A DNA stretch of 64,000 nt from Rhynchopus sp. YZ270_cl-10 (Eukaryota): assembly GCA_964035575.1 (NCBI GenBank), contig OZ037844.1, forward strand, positions 310,001 to 374,000, written 5' to 3'. Below are positions 35,031 to 46,511 of this stretch, in pieces. The stretch's first letter is position 1, and each line of letters opens with the position of its first letter. The notes under the pieces were generated by a model, which searched no databases, was not told where the DNA came from, and saw nothing but the letters and a program-made list of their open reading frames with translations. The position numbers and the translations under genes were made by a program.

Positions 35031-36952
35031 CCCATTTTTATTTTCAATAGAAAATAAAAACGAAAAAATGCGTCTCAACGCGAAGGCATTTATCATCCAT
35101 ATCAAGAACGTGTTAAAGGGAGGGACAACAAGCATAAGCATTAAGAAACCACAAGAGTAGTATCCAGACAGCACAACTTCCTACAAAGGTGTGGCGGAAA
35201 AACCGGTCTGACAGTTTGAATTGTTGAATTGTTTGTGTGGTTTCAAAATGAGTAACTTATTATATCAGCATAACAGATACGATGGGTAGATAAGTGGCAA
35301 ACGATGAAACAAAGAAAAAACAGTAAAAATAAAACTCTTTATAAACAGTTCATACATTGAAATCCCCGGGAGTCGCGGAGACTCTCCACTGGTGTTTTCG
35401 AGAGTTTTAGCGATTAAAAAAAAAGAAAAAAAATTCGCGATTAATCGCGAATTTGTGAAAAACTCTCGAAAACTCTCCAATTTAAAAAAAAACTCTCCAA
35501 AACTCTCCAAAACTCTCCAAAACTCTCCAAAACTCTCCAATACTCCCCGATTTAAAAAAAATACTCTCGAAAACTCTCCAATTTATAAAATAAAAATTTG
35601 CGATTAATCGCGAATTTATGAAAAAATCTCGAAAACTGGGCCATCTATGAACGGGGAGAGATTTTTTCACAAGCTCTCACTACGTTCCGAGGGGGTTTTT
35701 GTACTTTAGTGGTGTGGCTGGCAACATGTATTCTGTGGTGGTCAAAAGTGCAATGTTCCTTCTCCAATGGATTTATTGGGTGTACTGCTATACTGGGACA
35801 ATATGGTTAGATCACTCTTCAAACCACCTGGAAAAGTGCACGGCATCTAAAAATTTCCGCCTGCGGCGGGAAGCCTCGACCCGTTTTCACCCTTTTCTTG
35901 TTCCTTATCCCCATATTTAAAATAGCCCTGCTTACATGTGGTGGTATGCTTCAGTGCTGGTATGGTGTACCATTTTTCGCCCAGAGTAATTTAAGCGTAA
36001 TTATATCTTAAACAGGTGTGGATAATTTCCAAGCGCGGAATTAACCCGTCGCATTTGTGATCGACCTGTGGGCTCGTTTGCTCATGTCCGCCACCACTGT
36101 GCCGCCTAAAGCCGCGAGGCTTATCACCCCTCTGTCGTGGTGGGTGCATTTTGCGAATCAATCGGTAGGTGTAATGTGAGTACGTAGACTGAACGTGTGC
36201 CCAGGTAGGCGCAGGTCAGATGCGGATAGCACCAGGTGTGCACGGTTGTGTTTGGGGTAAAATGCTACAAAAAATCGCGATTTTACTCCCGGGGATTAAT
36301 CGCGAATTTTGTCGCGATTAATCGCGAAAACTCTCCGTAAAAAAAAAAAAAAACGGTCCTGGGTATGACCTAAAACTGCATCCAGTCGTGGAGGTATGTT
36401 CCTAGTAGGTAGGGGGGGGCTCTATGATGGGATTCCTTTGACCGCGCGAAGGCCTTGTGCCGGGGACGTATGGGGGGATGAACTAGAGCCCTGCGACCGC
36501 CCGTGGGACAATACCTTTGGGGGGGATACATGAGCGACCCCGAGGTGGGCTCTAAGAGCACTCCTTACCCATAACGCACAGCTCCGTCGATGAGTAGGTA
36601 TGGTAAGGGATTAACGTACCCAAAGTCGGCGCTCTCAAGACCCTATGGCGGACCCCGTTCGGCTTTGGCCTGGGGACGGGCACGGTGAAGGTGTGCCTAT
36701 TACGGTAGGGGTGCCTGAATCGGAGAGCCACCACCTAAGAACATGATGAAAATAATATATTCAAGCTTGTCTTCTGGCCACTGCACACTTTTGTGTACGC
36801 GAATTGACGTCATGATTGACACCACCCACATAAAAACACTTTGTTATTTACATCCGATTCCACGGAAAGGAGGACACAGTGAATCAAGAATTAACCCTGA
36901 GCACATCCCAACTGCTCCCCCCCTCCCCCCAAAAAAGCCACCCCCCTCCACG

Positions 36953-39051
36953 ATGGGGTCCTCTGGACAGCAGACGATGAAGAAGGCTGACGAAGAGGTG
37001 GCAGGGGCGATGTGGAGACCCCGGGCTGAGGACTTTCCTGACAGCCGACTCGCAGCCAACTTGGCTGATTTTAAGAAAAACGGAGGCATCCTGTGGTGCA
37101 GCCGTAAGGAAGTGGAGGAAGCGCTGCAGAAGCCGCAGCACCAGCACACGGCAGGGGTACTCGTAGCCCCGGCCGACAAACCACAGGGGTTGGCGGCCCC
37201 ACTGATCTCCCTCGTGACGGTGCGGGGGGAGGAGATGAGGACGGAGCGCCGGTTCCTGTGCTCAGTCAGCACCGTACAGGCGGTGCACAAGACGGCGGGT
37301 GCAAAGCAGCACCAGGGGGCATTGCCCCAAACCAAATACGTTGTGGTGGAAAGCCGCAACAGCGTGACCCGTGCCGCAGCATGTGCATGGGTGAAGGCAC
37401 ACGGAGGCGAGGTGCAGACCGCCGTGGAGCTGAAGGCGAAGAAGGGGAAGCCAGCCGCAAAGACGGCGGCTTTTAAGATTGGAGTAGACGGCGCGCAGGT
37501 GAAGGACGTGCTGGCAGGAAGCGGCGATGACGCTTCTTCGCCAGGCCGTTCTTCACCAACGGGTCGGGACGGGGTGGCGACCGGGTGACGCCGCTACCGA
37601 GCACAGTGAACCTGGAGACGGCGCGGAACCAGGCCACCGAGCTGAGCGGGCGAGTGGTGCTGCTGTCGCGGGGCGGACTCGGCGTCGCGGTTCCGGAAGG
37701 CACCACACAGGAGCAGGCCAGCAAGGTGTTGGGCGAGCAGGGGAAGACGAACCTCTGGGCAGAGATGTGGGTGGTGGACGGGCTGCCTCTCTCGCTGTCG
37801 AAGAACGGAGTGCGGGCAATCCTGAGCGAGCAGCACGCGTGGGAGCCGGAGTTGGTGAGGACCGGCAAGCACGGCACGCACAGGGTGCTTCTCGTCCGGG
37901 GCGCACCGCCGGGGACGCTGAAGCCGGTAGTGGTGGGGGAGGACGTGCTGACCTTCCGTCGGTACGACCGTACCAAAGAAGGGTGGCTGTTTGACGCCGC
38001 AAATAAAAAAGGAAAAGGAAAAGAGGAAGGAAGGGCGGCACAGCAGGACTACGTGCCCAAGCCCTACGTGGCAGACCCCGCACAGGACGCCGAGGTGGAG
38101 AAGATGCGTCGGGAACTCCTGGAGTCGAAGGAGAGAGAAGGTGCACTGCGGGCAGAGAAGGACGAGATGCAGCAGACGCTGCAACGCATGGCGAGCCAGC
38201 TGGACCAGCTGATGACGGAGATGCGCGACCTAAAGCTACAACAGCGACGCACCGAACCGGAAGAAGAAGAAGAAGAAGAAGAAGGAGAAGGCGAGATGCA
38301 AATCGATGAGGAGGTGAAGGTGACGGCACCGCCGAAGAAGGAGACGAAGGCGAAGAAGGAACCCACGCAAACGCAGGAGCGGAAGCAACAGCAGCAACAA
38401 CAGCAGCAGCGGCAACAACAGCAGCAGCGGCAGCAACAGCAGCAGCGGCAGCAACAACAGCAGAGGCAACAACAACAGCAACGCGAACAGAGAGAAGAAG
38501 CAGAAGAACGGCTGCAGGCACAGAGGCGGCAGGAAGAGACGGACCGCCGCCGTGAATTCGACACTGCAGAGGCGGAGAGGGCAGAAGCGAAGGCACGCGA
38601 AGAAGCACAGTGGCAGGAGTATAACGAAATCCTGAAGAAGACACGCCAGGAGGAGTTGGCCGAGGAGAAGAGGAGGAACGCATTCGCCTCAGCAGAAGCG
38701 AAACGGCTGGCGACGGAGGCAGTGCTGCAAGAGGCCGAAGCCTCTTACGAGGCTTTTTTAAAAAAAAAGCGGGAAACAGAGCGAGAGGAGGAGATGGATC
38801 TCGCGACAGCGGCAGCACTGGTGCGCCAGGAGGAGGAACGCCAGCTGAAACGTGCGAGGGACGTCCTCCACGCAGAAGAACGCCGCCTCCGCATGGGCTT
38901 GACGCCACCCAAGCAGCTGAACAGGGGGAAGAGAGCGGAGCGGGACGAACGTGACCGTGCCACCCCCAAGAACACACGACGGATCTTAGCGACGACGCCC
39001 TCCCCCTCGCCAAGGAAAGAGAAAGAGAAGCGCCGCAGCATGCGGTACTGA
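36953..39051 (+). CDS. Retrotransposon ORF1 (about 700 aa, Q/E/R-rich coiled-coil C-terminal half) with one frameshift near 37530
   Basis: ORFs 36953-37588 and 37585-39051 overlap. Adding one base near GATGACGCTTCTTC joins them as SGDD-FFARPFF. This may be a mutation or a sequencing error. Confidence 0.7.
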
Positions 39052-42000
39052 CTGTTGTGTCTGGTGTTGCTGTTGGTGTGGTTAATGCTGGATAGTGTGC
39101 TGCTGCTGCTACTGCCTTTTTTGCTTCCGTACAAGTGGAAGACCCACGCACACCCAAGGATGACTCATCAACACCACTCAGGTCGACCGAACACAGACCC
39201 CACACTCGACAAGACCTCCTCCACCATCAAGAGCAACCAACTGCTAGAGGACGGCATCGAGCCTGAGCCAGGACCAGAGCCAGAACCAGAGCAAGGACCA
39301 AAACCAAGAACCCTTCGCTGCATGAGTTGGAATGCGGGGGGGCTGACGGGCCCGAAGAAAGGGGAGCTGAAGCAGGTCCTGGAGAAGGAGAAGTACGATG
39401 TAGTACACCTCCAAGAACTCATGGCGGCGCAAACGGGCAAGCTGAACTTTGACGGGTACAGGACTTTCCTGCGGGTGCGAACGGTAGCTCGAAAAAAAGA
39501 CATCAGCGAGACGCATGGGGGAGGGATTGCGACACTGGTGAAGAAGAACTTGCGTGCGACAGAACAACCCTTCGAAGCGTGGGAGACCACAGAGAGGCTG
39601 GATGTGATTGTGGAGGGCGTGCTCTTCACGAATGTGTACCGGCCGAGCGGGGTGGGTCTACAGAAGGGGGACCAGAGAGAGGATGACTTCGCAACACAGG
39701 ATCTGCCAACGGGAGAGGGCTGCGTGATCGCAGGGGACATCAACGCACATCACCAGGCGTGGAGTCAGGCGAAAATTCCCAACCAAACGGGAACTGACCT
39801 ACACGACTGGGCGTTGGGGAACAACATGCGATGCTGGAACAAGAAGGAAGCAACGCGGATCCAGCGCGGTACCAAAACGTCACCAGATGTGGTCTTCGCA
39901 GACAGAGACTGGGCCGACCCCAATTGGCAAACACGGGAAACGCTCAACTCCGACCACCTGCCGATAGAGTTTGAAGTGCAAGCGAACGCCCAAACACCTC
40001 CAACACATCCTGAGGTGAAACTCAAAAAAGAGCTGTGGAACTGGAAGAAGGCGAACTGGGCAGGCTTCACCAAGGAGATGGAGCGCAGTTCGCCAGACGC
40101 AATGAAGTGGGGCTCGATCAGCACCGCAGCAGCCAAGTGGGCAGGGATGGTGAAGAACATCGCGAGGAGGCACATCCCCAGAGGCAAGGCAAGGAAGAAG
40201 AAGCGACGCTGGTGCAACGGTGCGGTGAAGAAGGCCCAGAAGCAACGAGACAGAGAACTCCGCAGACAGCAGAAGGAGGAGACCCTGACCGTGGCCGACG
40301 GGGACGCACTCACGGAACTCCGGCGGCAGACGGCCAATGCGATACGGAAGGCGAAGAGAGAGGTGTGGGAGGACAAGTGCACCAAGGCAGTAGCAACCTC
40401 CGGGGCCTTCAGGCTGCTGCGCGAGTTGGACGGGCGGGCGGACAAGGCGCAGTCGTACCCCATAAAAGTAAAAAAAGAGGGACAACAGGAAAAACAACAG
40501 CTCTCCACCAACAAGGAGAAGGCGGACGCACTGGGGGAGCACTACTGCAGCGTGAGTGACGGCACAGGCCTACCGGATGCGGAGCAGCAAACTACGGCAG
40601 GATCCCAAGGAGCTGAAGCACCCCTGACACTGGAGGAGCTGGACGCCGCACTGAACGTCCTAGAAGCAGGAAAGTCACCTGGAGCGGATGGGATACACAA
40701 CGAGATGTTGATGCACCTCGGACCCGCCGCAAAAAAAGGGCTTCTACATGTCATGAACCTCTCGTGGAAGCAGGGGCAACTACCCAAAGAATGGAAGAAG
40801 GCCATACTTTTCCCTATCCACAAACAAGGGAAGCCAGAGGAAGACCTCGAATCCTACCGGCCGATAGCCCTGACGAGTACCGTGAGTAAGGTGATGGAAC
40901 ACGTGCTAGCGAACAGACTGCTCCAGCTGATGGAAGACCCAAACGAGGCCACACAGAACCTACATCCCAAACAGACAGGATTCAGACGCTTCCGTTCCGC
41001 CGTGGACAACCTGGCCTACATCACGCAGCTGGCTAAGGACTCCGCAGCGAAGAAAGAAGTCCCCATCATTCTGACGCTGGACCTCGACAAGGCCTACGAC
41101 AAGGTTAAACGGGGGAAAATTCTGGAAAGGCTCCACCAACACCAGGTACCAGAGCGATACATCAGGTGGCTCACGGATTACCTGAAGCACAGAACGGCAA
41201 GGACAACGGTGGAAGGAACACGGAGCGAGGAATACGTGATGCGGGAGGGTGTTCCCCAGGGCACAGTGCTCTCACCACTACTGTTCAATCTGGTGATGAC
41301 GGAGGTGGCAGAGATCCTGGAAGGAACGACGGCCCACTTCTGCATCTTCGCTGACGACCTGGCCATCATGTGTACGGAGCGCACACTGGAGGAAGCAACA
41401 GCGGCGATACAGAAGGTCCTTACACTGCTAGAGGAACACCTCCCCAAACTTGGATTCACGATATCCCGCAGGAAAACCTTCGTGATGCCAGTGACCGAGA
41501 AGGGCGATCGTGCCGACATCAGAAAAGCTAAGTGCGAAGTGAAGTACGCAGACGGAGCAGTGGTGAACCGTGCGCAGACGGTCCGTTACCTGGGGGTGGA
41601 ACTGGATGACGCACTGACGATGCAGCCACAACTGGCGGCGGTGAAGACGAAGTTCCTCAAAAAACTTTCTCTGATCCAGCTCATGGCTGGACGGGACTGG
41701 GGGTGCGATGCCCACATGCTGAGACAGGTGTACATGACGTACGTGCTCCCGACCATAACGTATGCACTGGCGGTGTGGGGACCAGCGCTAAATGAGGCAG
41801 GCCTTGAAACTCTGGAAGTACTCCACCGAAGGGGGGCGAGGGTCATCACCGGGTGTAACTACTACACCAAAGCAGAGGACCTACTCTGGGAAGCACACCT
41901 GAGGAAGATACGAGAGCACGTCGAATTCGATGCAGCAGCCCTGTACGAACGTGCACGTCGACAACTGGAGACCCCAGCAGAGTGTGCAATGCATTCAAGC

Positions 42001-43146
42001 GATACGAAACTGACCTGGTTACGGTCGGCGAAGGACACAGTGGAACAGACGAAGATGTACCGCCACGACCAACCAGCGATGTCCCAGACACACTACCCGG
42101 TGGCACCCTGGCGCTGGAAGGAGGTCCTCCCCAAGGTCGACATCCGGCCCTACGTGGCTGGCTTCAAGAAGGGCACGCAGACGGACGCAGAGGCGAGAAG
42201 CTTGACAGAGCAGACCACCGCAGAGCTGCCACCAGCGGACCTTCACGTCTACACAGACGGGTCGGTGGAAGGCGGACGAGGCCACGGGGGTGCAGGCATT
42301 GTGGTCTACCCGGGAGACAGCGACAAAGAAATAGCGACAGCCAACGTCGGAGCAGGGCGGATGAGCATATCGTACACCGCCGAGCTGGTGGCCATCAGAG
42401 AGGCACTTCCGATGGTGGAGGAACTGCACCGCACAGACCACAAACACAACACGGTGGTAATCCTCACAGACAGCCAGTCAGCACTACGTGCGTTGGAGAC
42501 AGGTCCGGTGAAGGCTACGGGACTTCTCTGCGACGTGTGGTCGGCACTACACCGGGCTACAACCAAGGTGCGGGTGATCATGCAGTACATCCCGTCACAT
42601 GTGGGGGTGAGTGGAAATGAGGAAGCGGACCACGAAGCCAAGTTAGGTACGGCCACGTACCAAGCAGAACGGGCATCACAAAAAGGCCGCCTACAAGAGG
42701 AACCACTCACGCTCCTCGCGTGCAAAGCGGCGATACGCGCAGTCTGCTCCAGCTACACACCCCAACCGGCGAGCGAACTCTACAGCACGATCACGGCGGA
42801 CACCCCGAAGGGAGTGTCGCGACCCAAGCTGAGCACACCGGAGCTCACGCGGCGGGGAGCAGTGCAGATGAGACTGCTGCGGACAGAGCGCCACCCTGCG
42901 CTGTTCGACTACATGGGCAGCAACGACGTGGCACGCTGCAACAACTGCACGGCAAAATCAAAGGCGACACTGAAACACATGTTCAAAGTGTGTTCAGCCA
43001 CCAAGGCACTAAGGACAGACCTACTGCCAAACAAGTCGCTCAAGTTCTTACTGCTAGAGCAACCCCAGTTGTGCCTGAAGTACATCAGCGCGGCAAAACT
43101 GACAGAGGCCAGCCTGCCTGAACTCGTGCGGAGCAACACCTACTGA
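39052..43146 (+). CDS. Retrotransposon ORF2: APE endonuclease, reverse transcriptase, RNase H, CCHC finger
   Basis: APE motifs SWNAGGL, LQE, GDINAHH, SDHLPI. RT motifs YRPIALTS, DLDKAYD, GVPQGTVLSPLLF, IFADD, RYLGV. RNase H motifs VYTDGS, TDSQSAL, PSHVGVSGNEEAD. CNNC..H..C finger. The frame is uninterrupted; the first ATG is at 39085. Confidence 0.96.
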   Translation: MLCLVLLLVWLMLDSVLLLLLPFLLPYKWKTHAHPRMTHQHHSGRPNTDPTLDKTSSTIKSNQLLEDGIEPEPGPEPEPEQGPKPRTLRCMSWNAGGLTGPKKGELKQVLEKEKYDVVHLQELMAAQTGKLNFDGYRTFLRVRTVARKKDISETHGGGIATLVKKNLRATEQPFEAWETTERLDVIVEGVLFTNVYRPSGVGLQKGDQREDDFATQDLPTGEGCVIAGDINAHHQAWSQAKIPNQTGTDLHDWALGNNMRCWNKKEATRIQRGTKTSPDVVFADRDWADPNWQTRETLNSDHLPIEFEVQANAQTPPTHPEVKLKKELWNWKKANWAGFTKEMERSSPDAMKWGSISTAAAKWAGMVKNIARRHIPRGKARKKKRRWCNGAVKKAQKQRDRELRRQQKEETLTVADGDALTELRRQTANAIRKAKREVWEDKCTKAVATSGAFRLLRELDGRADKAQSYPIKVKKEGQQEKQQLSTNKEKADALGEHYCSVSDGTGLPDAEQQTTAGSQGAEAPLTLEELDAALNVLEAGKSPGADGIHNEMLMHLGPAAKKGLLHVMNLSWKQGQLPKEWKKAILFPIHKQGKPEEDLESYRPIALTSTVSKVMEHVLANRLLQLMEDPNEATQNLHPKQTGFRRFRSAVDNLAYITQLAKDSAAKKEVPIILTLDLDKAYDKVKRGKILERLHQHQVPERYIRWLTDYLKHRTARTTVEGTRSEEYVMREGVPQGTVLSPLLFNLVMTEVAEILEGTTAHFCIFADDLAIMCTERTLEEATAAIQKVLTLLEEHLPKLGFTISRRKTFVMPVTEKGDRADIRKAKCEVKYADGAVVNRAQTVRYLGVELDDALTMQPQLAAVKTKFLKKLSLIQLMAGRDWGCDAHMLRQVYMTYVLPTITYALAVWGPALNEAGLETLEVLHRRGARVITGCNYYTKAEDLLWEAHLRKIREHVEFDAAALYERARRQLETPAECAMHSSDTKLTWLRSAKDTVEQTKMYRHDQPAMSQTHYPVAPWRWKEVLPKVDIRPYVAGFKKGTQTDAEARSLTEQTTAELPPADLHVYTDGSVEGGRGHGGAGIVVYPGDSDKEIATANVGAGRMSISYTAELVAIREALPMVEELHRTDHKHNTVVILTDSQSALRALETGPVKATGLLCDVWSALHRATTKVRVIMQYIPSHVGVSGNEEADHEAKLGTATYQAERASQKGRLQEEPLTLLACKAAIRAVCSSYTPQPASELYSTITADTPKGVSRPKLSTPELTRRGAVQMRLLRTERHPALFDYMGSNDVARCNNCTAKSKATLKHMFKVCSATKALRTDLLPNKSLKFLLLEQPQLCLKYISAAKLTEASLPELVRSNTY

Positions 43147-44088
43147 GGAGACGCCGGCCAAAACTTGAAACAATAAAGACAAGAAAAAAAAAAAAACCAC
43201 GAACAAAAAGCAAGCCCAGGATGTACCTGCGGCACCACGACCAGCGCAACTGACGGTTGCGAAGACAATACATGTGCGGAACGCCGTCTTCTACGAAGAC
43301 GTGTGTTACACTTTCAAACATACTTTTTACTTTTCAAAAAAAAAAAAACAACAAAAAAACAGAAAAAAAACAAAAAAAAAAAAAAAAAAAAAAAAAGCAA
43401 AAAAAAAAAAACAAAAAAAAACAAATCATTGATTTTCCTTTTAATTTATAAAGTGCCCAGGCCCCGGGGCTTGGGTGCACTTTATAAATTTTTTTTTTTT
43501 TAACATATTTTTTTTTTCCTTTTGACTCCGTGGTTAACCTCGTGTGAGGTTGCGCGGAGTTCGCAGTCAGGCCAGGGAGCCACGTAACAAGGCTCGACTG
43601 CCACATAGTGGGGGGAGATCTGTGCAGCCTGTATGTTCCCCCCGATTTTCGTGGTAAATGGGGAGGCGCTTCCGTTTAACGGCAACCCACAAGAGTAGAA
43701 CAACAACCAAACTTTTGAGAAACAGACGCCAATGAGACCTAGAGTCTCTCTTCTTACTTGTGTGCTACAGACAAACATGACAACGCTAACCACGACTGCC
43801 ACGGCAGAGCGGGGTCCCTAACGGTTCACTGGGGGGGATCCACATAGATAAAGAAAACAAAAAATACGAAAGCAAGGAAGAAAACCAGTAAAAAAAAAAA
43901 AAAACACTCTCGAAAACTCTCGAAACCAAAAAAACACTCACGGGGAGTTCGTTTTTTTTGATTTTTTGCCAAACTCCCCGTGACTCCCCGGGATTTCAAT
44001 GTATGTAAACAGTGAAAAAACATAAAGAGGGCCCGTACAGCAAAAAAGTTACGGAAAACCAGTTCGTAGCACACTACTGGCAGAGCAC

Positions 44089-44893
44089 TCATCCTACAGG
44101 GAGGAAAGAGGAAAAAAGTGATTTGGCAACCCACCTAGCAGCAGATTTAATCAAATCAAGGGGGGCAGCGGGGTCCTCAATCCGTCGTCTTTTGGGAGAC
44201 GGATCCGTAGAGCAGGGGACAGTGACAGACGAAGACGTAGATGTCGACGCACTGATAGGCACTATTACCGGACCAAACAGATCCATCTCGTCACGCTTAC
44301 GCTTGGAAGGCGCGCGTGCCAGTGCACGAGTGAAATGAGGAGAGTCCGAACGACGCGTAGTAGCAACGGGGCGACGGGGGTCAGGGGACATCGAGCGAGT
44401 GGCATCCGTAGTGTTTTTAATCAAAACATCGTCAAACCAAGTGACCTCATCTCGACCAGTTCTAGTTAACAATCTAGAGGATGTAGGTGTTGCCGGAGAT
44501 GTAGGTGACAAAATGGGGGGCATGGTAGGGGGAGACAAAGGTGAATCCGAGGGCGATACGTGCACACTACGTGGAGTAACAGAAGCCAGGCACGGACCAC
44601 GTGGGGGGGGAGTAACCGAATGTAAAGGAAGAGAGGGAGAATCAGGGGGGGTTTGAAGGAAAAGAGGGGCTGTCCACCGTGTTCTCATCTAGAGGATTAT
44701 CAGCATTTGTGTACATGACGGGAGGCACCTTGGTACCAACGGCCACGTCAGCATCCATAATCCTCTTTTTATCACAAGTCAAAGCAGTAAAGGCAAGCAA
44801 ACGTTTACTAATACCATGACAACGTGAAGATAAAGCAGACGAAGGAACAGACGGTTTACGTCCATCCTCCACCCTAGCTGTGTTTTGGTACAC
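44089..44893 (-). pseudogene. Pro/Ser/Thr-rich coding-like region in two overlapping frames, unknown product
   Basis: The 83-aa and 199-aa ORFs overlap at a G7 run (about 44645-44651). No recognisable domain. Confidence 0.3.
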
Positions 44894-45170
44894 TTTTTTA
44901 AGGAGGGGGGTGGGGTGGGGGGCAGCGTTCTAGAATACGTATCGATTCATATTAATACGTATTTGGTGCTCCTGACGAACCCATACTGCGTACTTCTTGC
45001 GCAGTTGTTGCGTACTTGGTATTTTGGATTTCTGGGGTACCACCCGGTGAACACTGGGGGGTACTATATAGTCTTGGGGGGTAGGGGTCGAGGCTATTGT
45101 TCCAATATTAATGTTGCTGCTAAACCTTAAACCCAAGCTTGTAATCTGATGGTATCGAAAGCCTAGCAAT

Positions 45171-45266
45171 GAGTAGTCGATTGGTGGAAGTCTGCCATGT
45201 ACCGCGGTGATTCCAGCACAGAGAGTATATTAATGCTGCTGCTGTTAAAAAGCTCGTAGTTGGATC
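45171..45266 (+). pseudogene. Degenerate SSU (18S) rRNA fragment, 530-loop region
   Basis: AAGTCTG...CCGCGGTGATTCCAGCAC...GTATATTAATGCTGCTGCTGTTAAAAAGCTCGTAGTTGGAT follows the conserved eukaryotic SSU motif order. The flanks are not recognisably rRNA. Confidence 0.75.
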
Positions 45267-45728
45267 CAGAGCTCAGGTTGTAAGGAGTGGTGTTGGTGCT
45301 ATTTGATACGATCGCGTGGTCGCTGTTGATTTCTTTAGACCACTTCCCGACAAGGCTAGGCTAGCATGTGGGGGAAAGAATTGAAGTGTGTAACCAAAAC
45401 GGGGAGAGAGTGAGAGAGAGAGGTACTGTTCTATGTTGCTATCAATTTTGGCAACTCAGTTCATTTTTTTTCTTCGAAAAATCACAAAAAAAAAAAATAC
45501 AAAAATCTCTAAAAAAAAATCTATCTCCTTCACAAAAACAACAAAACCAAAAGAGAAAAAGCTTTTTTGATGAACCTAAGCTTTAGCACTTCCCATTCAT
45601 CTTCCACAATAAAAAGCTCAAAACAATCTAGAAAATGAGCTCTCTCAATACCCCCTTCCCCCTCCCCTCCCTTCTCCCCCACATTCTGCACAAGAATTAC
45701 CCTTTAAAGGCAGACATATCACCTCCGC

Positions 45729-46511
45729 TCATGGGAAAGAAACTTTGCCTGTTGTGATGATGTGCTTGAGACGTCCCCGCTGGCGTTGCAACTGTGCGTG
45801 GATGCGTGCACTTTCTTCTACTATAGTTCCTGCGTCTGATGGGGTGCGGGACGCACCACGTGTCGATGCCGACAGCGACACGGCTGCCGATGCTGACGCC
45901 TCACGCCCCCGCGACACCCCTCTCGTGGACACCATGGACAACGGTGACATGCACTGCAGCGTCCCTCCTGGCTCCCTACCCTGATACCGCTCACCTACCT
46001 TCACACCCCGACTCGGAGGGCACTCCACATCCACACGCCCCGCCACGCTCCTCCCCTTCAGCAGTGCTCTGCACATTGTGACAGCAGCGTCACGCAGCTT
46101 CTGGCTCGCCCAGACACTCCACCTTCTGAAGCTCGAAGCTATCAGTTTCACCTCGCAGTGCCGTGCACAGACTGCCACAGCACGGACCTGCGTGGCGAAG
46201 AGAAATTCCATCACCTCCCCACAACGTGCACGGAGCACACCCTGGCGACGCAGGGCCTCTTGTAGCGCTGCCTTCCCTTTTGTGGCAGCGAATGGGTCCA
46301 CTACCCCAGTGGTGGTGGTGGTGGTGGTGCTGGTGGTGTCAGGAGCAGGGAAGGGGGCAGTGAGAAGCGCAACCTGCATGGGACCGCACGCAACGTCCGG
46401 TGTGTCCTCCCTCTCCGGGCGCACTGCAGCAGCAGCATCGGCAGTAATCTCGCCTCGTGCATACGAAGCAAGAAATGTATCTGTAGTGGACTCACTCCCA
46501 CTACGTAGCAT
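45729..46511 (-). CDS. Hypothetical protein, 260 aa
   Basis: GC-rich ATG ORF between AT-rich flanks, co-oriented with its neighbours. Confidence 0.7.
   Translation of the reverse strand: MLRSGSESTTDTFLASYARGEITADAAAAVRPEREDTPDVACGPMQVALLTAPFPAPDTTSTTTTTTTGVVDPFAATKGKAALQEALRRQGVLRARCGEVMEFLFATQVRAVAVCARHCEVKLIASSFRRWSVWASQKLRDAAVTMCRALLKGRSVAGRVDVECPPSRGVKVGERYQGREPGGTLQCMSPLSMVSTRGVSRGREASASAAVSLSASTRGASRTPSDAGTIVEESARIHAQLQRQRGRLKHIITTGKVSFP

Larger units (their letters stand above)
36355..43887 (+). mobile_element. Full-length non-LTR retrotransposon (I group, Ingi-like ORF2)
   Basis: 5' UTR, ORF1, ORF2 and an A-rich tail at 43336-43424. An identical GT(A)15C at 36337-36354 and 43888-43905 is the candidate TSD. 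The core element may end at about 43424. Confidence 0.9.
35355..44001. mobile_element. Non-autonomous TIR element 'I' (TA TSD) hosting the retrotransposon
   Basis: TA|CATTGAAATCCCCGGGAGTC...GACTCCCCGGGATTTCAATG|TA, with AAAACTCTC(C/G)A repeats on both sides of the LINE. Confidence 0.75.

Noticed and set aside
37553..39205. 550-aa antisense ORF and other antisense ORFs over the LINE and ankyrin genes
   Set aside because: These are shadow frames of GC-rich, low-complexity coding sequence.
43520..43610. HDV-like ribozyme on the minus strand
   Set aside because: P1-, P3- and P4-like stems can be drawn, but there is no convincing P2 or P1.1 pairing.
45037..45072. Helitron 3' hairpin
   Set aside because: A hairpin is present, but the terminus is not a clean CTRR and no matching 5' end or Rep/helicase was found.
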